From: Azolla caroliniana | Taxonomy: Eukaryota > Plantae > Polypodiophyta | Length of the DNA: 64,000 bases | Assembly: GCA_043228905.1 (NCBI GenBank) | Contig: JBHGNT010000003.1 | Location: 18,352,001-18,416,000, forward strand | Direction: 5' to 3' | Shown here: piece after piece, positions 1-9,860 of the stretch | How the letters are laid out: each line of letters begins with the position of its first letter | Position numbering within the stretch: position 1 is the stretch's first letter | The notes under the pieces: generated by a model | What the model was told of the DNA's origin: nothing | Seen by the model: only the letters and a program-made list of their open reading frames with translations | Databases searched by the model: none | Position numbers and translations under genes: made by a program

Positions 1-181
1 GCGTAAAGGATTTTCAAAAATGACCCAAAAATATATTGATTTTAAGCATGTCCAAAATTGTAGCTCTTTCAAAAAATGCCTAAATAATAGACATGCCAAA
101 CTTACAAAAGAATGTACAAAATGACTACCACCTATATTTATACATATTCGTTAACTGACATTTTGATGTACAATTCAATAT

Positions 182-2933
182 CTACAGATCAGGTGTCAAA
201 CTATCGCTTTCCAAGTCTATGCCATCATTTTTAGACCCATCCGATGAACTAGAAGAGCTTTGTGAGGTATCATCCTCATCATCACTGGCAACCAATGCAT
301 TGTCTTCATCCAATTGCAATCCAACATCACCATGGTTATGAGACATGCTTCTTGTTTGTCTTTCTGTAGTGGTTGGAGCCGCATTTGGGATCTTCTCTTT
401 TAATATCTTGATTGTGGTTTGTCTTAGATGGCCTGTTTGGTCAAGGAGAAGTCATACACTAGTATGTCAACATTATCCAATGTAAGAACAGACGTGCTTG
501 GTAGATTCTTTCTTCTTCGCTTTCTACTTGTGCCTTCAACATCCTTAACCATCTCTAAAGAGTACTTTCCAGTGAATGGATTTGGTGAAGAGGTGTGATA
601 CCAATGAACCACAATGAACTTAACTTGATTGCCTGATTCATCCTTCATTATATCCAAAATTTTAACAATCCAAAATGGATGGCCCAACTCATCATCCCCA
701 GCTAATGTTGCAACTAACATCCCAACTTGTAGTTCATGCAAATTGCCTTGCCATCTTGCCTCTGCAGTACGCGATATTCTTGGTCCCACATAAATATCTC
801 TCTGTCGTGGGCGAACTAGATTATTGAGTTCAACATTACCAATTAATTGATGGTTAGCAGGTGAAACTATTGACAGCATACCAATGTTCCATGTGAAAGC
901 ATTTTGGATTGGCCATACTCCGGCAATGTAGTTGTTTAAAATTGTATGTTGATGGTTAAAGAAGGTATCCCACCATTGAACATCTTGATCACCAGCATAC
1001 TTCTTGGTGCGCTCAATATTTCTTTGTTTCTCTTCAAGGCATCGCATCCAATATATCTTTTTCTCATCAATTGAGTTGCTATGAACCATTTTTTTATGGT
1101 CATCATACGGCATTTGTTCTGCACCATGGATTTCTGTATTTGGAAAATAAAGTAAGAACCTACAACCCTCTTGTGGCTCCCATTGTGAACTAGATGAGTA
1201 TTGTTTTGCATACAACATCGTCGTGTTGTGGCTCATATCACTTCGTTTTATGAGGAAGACATGGTTAAAACTTATATTATTCAGAGGTGCAAGAACCCTA
1301 CCTTGAGCCCCATCACCATCCATGCAGAAGCGTTTAAAATCATACACTTCATTCAACTGATGTACTTCGGGCTTCGGGGTATAAGCTTCACTGATCAACA
1401 TTGTTAGCGTAGGAAGCGTGAAAGCATCACATCGTGCTAATTTCTTTGAGAACCTACTAAACATTTGATCTATATGATCATGGGTATGACCAACTAGTAA
1501 GAAGTTAACCTTAATCTTCTTAAATAAACCCTTCTCTACTAGCATGCTTAAGTAACCGAAAACAGTTGAGTTTTTGTTTTCTCTAGCTGTATTGTCAAGT
1601 TGCACGTATAGAACAGGCGAGAGTATACCTGGCCAAGACTGCAACACTCTTTGCATGACTGTAACTGTAAGATTAGGGTTGTTGTGGATATTAGGATAAG
1701 TTAAGAATACTTGAGGCCTTATTGTCTGACAATATGACAAGCAACCTACTAAATGCATTTGTACAAGGCATTCATCTCCAATATCCTTTGGCAACCTTTG
1801 AAAGTGTGGCAAACAAGTCTTCTTCTGATCCATGCCATCAATAATCATACACATATACCTTTCAGGTGATTGGAGAGCTTTTCGTCGGTGGTGCATAGCT
1901 TTAGAACGTTCCAATCTTGACTCTCACGGTGTTCTTTCAATAGATTCTTGTAATTCTTTATTTCATCATCTGATTTCCCACCCTTTGCCATACTCTTTAA
2001 ACTTGCACATATTGAACAAACACCCATTCGAACTTTACGCAGTATAACCACATTGTTAAATTGTAACCTCCATAATCGATTGAAATGTCGATACTGTATG
2101 TAAGGTACACCTTGTGACAACATGTCGTCTTTATATTCTTGATACACCTCACGACGAGTGAAATTATCAGACAAGTGCAATCTCCCAGTAGTGGGCATAA
2201 TATCACATTGCTTTGAGAAATATATCTCCATCCAATTAATAGAATGACGCCCTATAAGACCCTTACTACCAGAGGAATTCATATCAAAAGGTATAAACGA
2301 TCCCTTCACCAATCTTAGTTGTATTCTCTGAAGCCTCATGCTCCCAATGCTATGAGCAATTTTGAAAGCAACTCTAGAACACTTAGTCCTCAATGCAAGG
2401 TAATATTCAATGTGCGTTGAATTAGCCCCAGTGGCGTGATCTCTTACAAGCTGCATATGTGAAATAAGAAAAGTATCTTGTTCCTCACCATTAAGTGATA
2501 GATACTTCTCCCGCATTATTCGTAAGTTTGACTTTCCAAATTTATTAAGACATAGATTCCCACAACATGTCTTGCTCGAATCACAAACAATTTGACGATC
2601 AGAACATAAAAAGTTATATCTCATTACACGAACTTGTCGAGGAACTCTTTTGAATGTGAGAGGCTTTGTTACGCAAGCTTCACCAGATGTGGTTTCATCC
2701 TTGTCAATGCTTGCACAACTTTTGCTATCTTGTATACCACTTTGTCCTGGCCTCTTGAAAGGGTCAATTGAGAAAAGTGAGTTTGAGTTATTACCAACAT
2801 CACAACCAACATTTTCACCTGGACCCTTTGAAACACTTGGGACCTTGTACTCATCGACTGAGAAATATGAGTTACTCGATAAAACATAAGGGTCCACTGA
2901 AAACAAGGATGATCTACTCGAAGCACAAGACAT
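182..2933 (-). pseudogene. Sola-like (DUF7869-type) DDD transposase with two frameshifts
   Basis: ORFs 1845-2933 and 424-1914 join through a 1-nt deletion near 1915 (..EHRESQ[A]LERSKAMHH..). Motifs: CSIC..H..H, IIDGMDQ, LYVQLDNTARENKN, FLLVGHTHDHIDQMFS. A second frameshift near 435 continues as TGHLRQTTIKILKEK...DLESDSLTPDL* to TAG at 182-184. Confidence 0.75.
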
Positions 2934-3183
2934 CTTGAAGCCTAACTTAAATTAACACCTTTCTTTTGTTTAAGTAGAAGTTTAGGAATTGAAGATCTAG
3001 TCTATGAACATAAACCATATGAAGACATCTTGGGATAAAAGATAAGGTATATTGACATCATATTATTATTTAATTTTGTAAATTGTTTATAATAATTTAT
3101 TGTGTAATATTGTATTTTTTTAAGAGAAAATATTTTTTTTTTAAATAATTATTTTATTTTCCAAAAAAACATTTTAAGTTAAC

Positions 3184-3193
3184 TATATAAATA
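3184..3193 (+). promoter_or_regulatory. TATA box of the ParB-MTase gene
   Basis: TATATAAATA about 110 bp upstream of ATG 3302, which is followed by a perfect GTAAGT donor at 3328. Confidence 0.5.
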
Positions 3194-3469
3194 GAGATCT
3201 ACCACTCATTATCTCTTACACGTTTCAAGAGCTCAGAGCACTCTTTAGAAAAAGTCATCGTTTTCTGTGTTCATCAACACATTGTCAACAACTAGTCTAA
3301 CATGAAATCGAGCAAGACAGTTGGCAAGTAAGTCTTCTATTACCCAAATTTAAAGATTCCTAAAGATACCATAAAGATTCTTTTTTATTATCTATAAAAT
3401 TGAGTGACTTTAATTATAATTAGTTTGGTGTATGTATAATTTCTTTGGTTTCTTGAGAGAATGTCCTCT

Positions 3470-4495
3470 CTAATTCGATGCAGTGCATCGTATTAGAAAG
3501 TACTTCCTCGCTAACTTGATGAACTGCATGGGGGTAGATAGGAAATTAAGACAACACATACATAAGAATAAGAGGTTATCGTCCCTAATCCGATGCACTA
3601 CATTGGATTAGGGAGGATATGATACGACATCCTCTGAAATCCGATGCAATGCATCGGATTTCAGAGGTTATCCTCCCTAATCTGATGCAATGCATCGGAT
3701 TTCAGACGATGTCGTATCATATCCTCCCTAATCCAATGTAGTGCATCGGATTAGGGAGAAGATGATCAGGAAACCTCTAAAATCCGGTGCACTGCATCGG
3801 ATTAGGGAGAAAATCCTCCCTAATCCGATGAAATGCATCAGATTTCAAAGGATGTCGTATTATATCCTCTGAAATCTGATGCAATGCATCGGATTTCAGA
3901 GGATGTCGTATCATATCCTCCCAAATCCAATGTAATGCATCGGAGTAGGGAGGAGATGATGAGAAAACCTCTGGTTTTAGAGGATTTCCTCCCTAATCCG
4001 ATGCAGTGCATCGGATTAGGGAGGAGATGATCAGAAAGCCTCTGAAATCCGACGCAGTGCAATGGATTTCAGAGGATGTCCTCTCTAATCCGATGCACTG
4101 CATCGGATTAGGGAGGAGATGATCAGAAAACCTCTGAAATCCGATGCACTTCATCGGATTAGGGAGGAGATGATCAGAAAACCTCCCAAATCCGATGCAA
4201 TACATCGGATTTCAGAGGATGTCCTCTCTAATCCGATGCAGTGCATTGGATTAGGGAGGAGATGATAAGAAAACCTCCCAAATCCAATGCAATGCATCGG
4301 ATTTCAGAGGATGTCCTCTCTAATCCGATGCAGTGTATCGGATTAGGGAGGAGATGATCAGAAAACCTCCCAAATCCGAAGCAATGCATCGGATTTCAGA
4401 GGATGTCCTCTCTAATCCGATGCAGTGCATCGGATTAGGGAGGAGAGGATAGGAAATCCTCTGAAATCCGATGCACTGCATCGGATTTCAGAGGA
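3470..4495. repeat. Phased array of about 21 palindromes AATCCGATGCA-N-TGCATCGGATT within intron 1 of the ParB-MTase gene
   Basis: The CCGATG half-site starts at 3590, 3641, 3682, 3733, 3784, 3825, 3876, 3927, 3998, 4049, 4090, 4141, 4192, 4233, 4284, 4325, 4376, 4417 and 4468 (spacings 51 or 41, once 71). Two degenerate copies lie near 3475 and 3516. Confidence 0.95.
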
Positions 4496-4499
4496 CGTG

Positions 4500-4830
4500 C
4501 TAGCTTTATTTTAGCTTTATTTTAGGTATATTTAGATGTATTTTATGTATATTTAGGTGTATTTCGTCGTATTTACGTGTCTGTTACATGTACTTAGGTG
4601 TATTTATATGTATTTAGTAGTGTTTAGGTGTGTTTAGGTCTACTTACGTTACGTGTACTTAGGTGTATTGGAGAGTATTTTGTTTAGGGTTTAGTGTATT
4701 TAGGTGTGTTTTACATGTAGTTAAGGGTATTTAGGTGCACTTACGTGTATTTAGGTGCGCTTTATGTGTATTTTACGTGTACTACGGTGTATTAAAGAGA
4801 ATTTAGTTGTGTTTTGGTGTATTCACGTAT
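4500..4830 (+). repeat. Degenerate TTTAGGTGTA / TTACGTGTA short repeats, loosely telomere-like
   Basis: Repeated tttaggtgtattt, ttacgtgtac and one tttagggtttag directly after the palindrome array. Confidence 0.6.
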
Positions 4831-7800
4831 ATTTTACATTTATTTCACGAAAATATTTTGTTTTCTTCCCTAGTGAGCCCCGTCCGAAGGTGCCCTCTTT
4901 CAAGTTGAAGTTCCGGTCTCCGACAAAACATGACTCGGAGAGTTTTTTAAAAGAAAAGTCTCAACGATCATTATTCGAGTCCGGAGGTGATGGGACCTCG
5001 AAATCATCCGTAGGGAATACGAAAAATAAACAAATTATGCTCGTGGAAGATAAGTCCACGGAGCATAAGCTAAAAAATTATTCACATGTAGAATGGAGTC
5101 TCACTTACATTGAAGAAGATGGGGTATTGCTCCTCATATTTGCCACGTCGGAAGGAAAAGGAAAGCTTGAATTAGGGAAGACCTTCCCCTATGGTAAAGT
5201 TCGTAATTTAAAATATGAAGACAATGATTCGTCCATTATCTTCCTCGAAGTTGAGAGCTCAGGTGGTATAAGGCAAGTGCAAGTTGATGAAGGAAACCTA
5301 GTACCTGACGTATGCCACCCAAAATCTTTGCGAAAAGATATGCAAACAAAGAATAATCTTATTGTAGCTCTTCGGCCTTATGTTACTAGAGAGATGATGA
5401 GCACAGAAGCAGAGACTCCGCCTAAAAAGTCTCGGAAAACAAAACCGGAACATAAAAAATATCAAAAACGACAAATATCTAATGACGAGGACCTCGACGT
5501 CTTGGAGTTCGAGGAAGAAGAAGATGATGAACAACAACTTGAAATTGTCCCTCCAGGAGGGCAAATATCTTCCGGTGTATTGACTTCTGAGCAAAACCGG
5601 ATTAGAGAAAATATAGCTAGGACCAAACTAGTGCGAAAAGGTCAACTCTTCCATCTACCAATTTCTTCAATTCAAAGGCCGCCCATCGACCCTGAAACTA
5701 GAAGACGCACGCTCGAGATTAGAGAGCCACATGCAGTGCATGTACAAAATTTGAAAAGCAAAATGAAGATAAATCCACATGCAACCGTCGTACCTTGTTT
5801 GGTTATGGTAGACCCTGAACAATGTCCGACAGTTGCTGATTTTAAATATAGCTCTTCAGATGATTATACTTATTATGTTATCGGAGGATCTCATTCAGCT
5901 GAAGGCCGACGTCAACTCGTCAAGGAATATCCGCTCACTCCGTTTTTTAAGTACGGAGAATGTAAAGTATATGCAGGTCTTACTCATGAAGAGGCCAAGT
6001 TGTTAGCATGGGACCACAACAATGATAATGATTATAGACAAAAGATGTCTTGTATCGAACGCATCAGATTCTTTCACCATGAGTATTTGGATGCGTTGCA
6101 AAGATTTGGACCCAAGTTGAACCCTGGCTTACGACGTCAATGTTTACTAGAAGTGGGTATTGCAGTTGACGAGAGTACGAAATCTGAAGGGCTACGGAAA
6201 TATGACTCATGGTTTCAGCTTGCCTTTAGAACAGGTGAGGTATGGGATCTCCAGGATAGAATATTTGGCATGTGGGAGCGCAAGGAGGTCAAAGGTCAAT
6301 GGGCAAAGAAGGCCAAGGTAGATCCACAAGTGGAGATGAAGACAAAGCCACGTAAAAGTGACTTATTTATTGAGGAGTTGGCCGAAGATATGAAGTTGCT
6401 ACCTTGGAGGTCACTACAAGGAATTAAAGACGATAGATTGTTAATATCTGTGTTGTCTCGAGTTGCAGCCAAGGAGTTTAGCTTGGACGAGATGGTGACT
6501 GAGTTACAAAAGTATGTAAAATTGAAATGTTTTTCTTTATTCTTGTGCATTTCCTTTAATAACTGATTTCACATTTAATATTTTATTTTTAGTCATAAAG
6601 TATACATGAAGATACAAGAATTGATGATGAAAAAATTGTGCCTACCAACCTGGGAAGAAGTCGAACAAGCTTGCCCAATAACATCATCATATAAGGCATT
6701 AGAAGAGTTCTTCATTGTATTTAGAGAATGGGTATGTGTATTTTCAATTTGAAAAGATTCAATTATCATTTATCAGATATATTCCTTACAGGAAATGAAT
6801 TTTGCAGAAACCACCTCGATCAAAGAAAGTTGGTGATAGTAATGACGGTATTCCAAGTTCGTTCATTACGCACTTGGAACGTGCTAAATACGAAAAAAGA
6901 ATGACAAAGGGAAAGGAGTTGGAAGTGTCGGAGGACTTCGCAACAGTAAAAAGTTTTTTGCATAGAGTTGACCCTTTCAAACAATTACATTATAGTGTAT
7001 TCCAGGGGGATGTGGTGAATATGCTCGACATATTACCAAAAAGGCACTATACATTACTTATTGCTGATATATTGTACGGATTCCGGATCACGGGTTCCAT
7101 GTTCGATGATGTGCCTTTCAAGTACCCCCAGATTGAGAAGATGGTAAAGGACTTCCCAGAGTTGACCTTAGCACCATTGTGGAGGATAGTCATATTTCAT
7201 AGCATGGGTCAATCATTGTCAGTCACAACTGCTTTAAAGTCACGATGTCATGCAATAGAGCATATGCATTGGTGAGTTATACGTTGTTTTTTGATAATAT
7301 TCTCTTAGATATGTGGTTTATATATGTTCCATTCAAATTTTAACTCATTTGTTTTGGGTTCAATAGGATTAAAACAAATATTACACGTAGCCCGGGCGAT
7401 CGTATGGTTAGTGCAGTTGAGCATCTTAGTGTGGGTTATTATGATGTAATAACGAAGAAGAAGGCTCGGGCACACGTTAATGAAAGAAACGTTGTAAATT
7501 ATATAATGTGCCCAGCTGTGACAAAGAAGCTTCGACATGTATCAGGTGAAAAGAGCCTTGTGAACCCTTATCAAAAACCCCAAAGATTGATCAACCGCTT
7601 AATCGAGCTCTTCTCAAACCCAGATGATTGGGTTCTGGATTTGTTCTCTGGCACAGGTATATGTAATATAAGTTTAGTCTCGTTAATTTGATTAAGTTAT
7701 AGACTTTCATTATTATTTTGACTTTTGCACTTCTATTTTACGATCAGGTACTACTACAGCTTGTGCATTAAAAATGTTCAGAAACTGTGTCGCGTTGGAG

Positions 7801-8894
7801 AAGGACCCTGAACAAGTTAACTACATCAAAATGAGGATCTAAGGAATCTGGGATTGTCCGGATCAAGATCAAGAAGTCGGAGCGAAGCACATCAATGAAA
7901 CAGAGAGGTTTCAGATGACTTCGAGAGAGCCAATGGAACCTATAGATGAAGACGCAGGGGACCTTGTGGACCTAGAAGATGTAATAGAATTTGAACATAT
8001 GCATGGTTCAGCAGAGCAAACAATCAATGCTACAGAGGACAATTTAGAAGAGTCCATTCATCCAGAAGAGCCCACATTGCCTGACTTGCTTATAGATTGA
8101 TTTCTATGGTTAGGTGTATTATTTGAACGATATTAAATGATAGACATTGACTTGTGACTATTGTTTCATTTGAACACAATTAAAACTTAAAGTTTGAGTT
8201 TATTTGGCAAAGTGTATAATTTGAATGGTATTAATGTTTTACATGTTCTTCAACCTTTCTTTGGAAAGTCTGCAAGGGTTTTTATAGATGATTTTGGCCA
8301 TCAATAGTGCAAGGATGGGTCATCTAGAAACGTTGTGTGCGGATAATCTTTAGTATTTGATTTATGTATAATTTGACTAAGTCTATAATTTTAAGGGTAT
8401 TAAATGTTTATCTTTGACTTCTACCTTCTAGAGTTATAACACTATTAAGTTTTAAAGTTTGACGTATTATATGTGATTATATTATAAAATTAGCATCTAT
8501 GTGATTCTTGGCGTGGGCAACTATTTTTATCTTCGCCACAATTACGGTTCAAATGATTAAAGTTGCATATAATTCCATTCCATTAATTTAGAATTTCACC
8601 AAAAACATGACATATGAAATATAAGGCTATTGATTTTCTTGACATAAAATTATTTAGTTGAAATTTTTGCTATGTTTTAAGGAACCATGTACGCATGCGT
8701 GGTACCTTTTTGAAATTCTGCTAAAATAAGGCATATTTTAACATCTCCTCAAGATGTGAAAAAGAGAATGCGACATATTACCTGTTTCAAATGTCCCGGT
8801 GTTTATAAGTAAAAATATGACCTAGGGCAAACACTTTTGTTTGTGGTTGATGAGGGGTCATATTGTTGTATGTGTATAACTATTGTACATATAG

Positions 8895-9183
8895 TGTCGA
8901 ATACATGTGTATAATGGACGTATTCAACATTATCCCGTTTTGGCCATTTATGTAATTATCATAAAGGGTAGTTGCCCTAAGTCGGTCACTATATATAGTG
9001 ACCTTGTAACCTCTTTGTGAGGTTGGTTGTTGTATCATTTGTTTATGCAATAGAGTGCTTTTGTGCCTCTTTGTCTCTCTCTCTCTCTCTCTCTGTGCAA
9101 CGACCTACGAACAGTCATACGCAGGTACTGAACAGCAATCGAATGCTTCTAGATCTTCCGCATTGACGACATTGCTTCCAACA
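8895..9183 (+). repeat. 5' LTR of intact Copia
   Basis: Direct repeat of 14068-14356, TG...CA termini. Confidence 0.97.
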
Positions 9184-9860
9184 TCTGGTATCAGAGCGAA
9201 GGTTCAGCCGTCATCACCGCCTGCACAGCATTCGGTTCTTCACTTCATCTCGGCCTGCACAGTATCCGTGTCATTCGAAGAAATAGAGAAGAAGAACAGA
9301 AACGAGGTTTGCACCTCATTGCGTTAGATCCTCTTGCTTGGAGTAAGCCCACAGGTTGTACTCCGTTCCGTGTGATCGTAACCGCTCGAGGTGAAATCCC
9401 CTTGTGCAACTTTGACACGATCGTGCTCCATTCGGTTAAACGGCATTCGAGGAGGTCATCAAACGCCGCTCGTTGTAACCACTCGGTGCAGATCGGTCTC
9501 AAGACAACAACCCTAAATTCGTGCTTCATCCGGCTGATCGACATTCGAGAGGATCAGTTGGATCTGTCTCTCTCGTCGCTGCAGTCAACCGAAGCAGAAT
9601 CGGTCCAGATAATCGGTTTCAATAATCGGTATTCGGCACATATATCCGAAGCGAACCGGGCTCACTCCGACTCGGCAACATTCGGGAAGACCAGTCGGCT
9701 CTGTCCCTCAAGTTACCGGAGTCAATTCGAGCAAGTTCCGAAGCCGAACCGACTCGGGTTCAAATCCGACTAGAACGATATCGGGTGAGCCAACCGGCTG
9801 CACTCCAACAAGGTTCGCAGTCAACTCTGAACCGAGCTTCGTCAACCGAAACCGAATTTG

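Larger units (their letters stand above)
3302..8100 (+). pseudogene. Spliced gene for a ParB/Sulfiredoxin-like domain fused to a beta-class N4C/N6A DNA methyltransferase (copy 1)
   Basis: Model join(3302-3327,4874-6511,6593-6731,6808-7271,7367-7656,7748-8100): all introns GT-AG and phase-consistent, 970 codons. ParB-like region: LPISSI..R..VQNLKSKM..YYVIGGSHSAE..EEAKLLAWDHN. MTase motif IV LLIADILYG (7066-7077; DIPY in copy 2), then NPYQKPQRLINRLIELFS, motif I WVLDLFSGTG|TT, and VALEKD. Premature TAA at 7840-7842. Confidence 0.85.
1..8750. mobile_element. Putative Sola-like DNA transposon carrying a ParB-methyltransferase cargo gene; left end probably just outside the window
   Basis: Divergent transposase and ParB-MTase genes share an AT-rich intergenic region. 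The unit ends at ...TTAACATCTCCTC (8750), just before LTR-derived sequence. Boundaries are inferred; no TIR pair is visible inside the window. Confidence 0.5.

Noticed and set aside
3833-4205. Short ORFs in array 1, and ORFs 62355-62861 / 62477-62779 in array 2
   Set aside because: By-products of 51-bp (multiple of 3) repeats; repetitive peptides with no domain signal.
3470-4495. CRISPR array interpretation of the palindromic repeats (also 62367-62796)
   Set aside because: The spacers are repeated variants of one sequence in both orientations rather than unique, there are no cas genes, and the context is eukaryotic.
4755-4873. N-terminal 40 aa of ORF 4755-6566
   Set aside because: It starts at GTG in repeat-derived sequence. 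A polypyrimidine tract and AG at 4872-4873 indicate it is intron.
3302-8100. Bacterial or phage contamination as the source of the ParB-MTase
   Set aside because: Spliceosomal introns are conserved between two copies, and both are embedded among plant retrotransposons.
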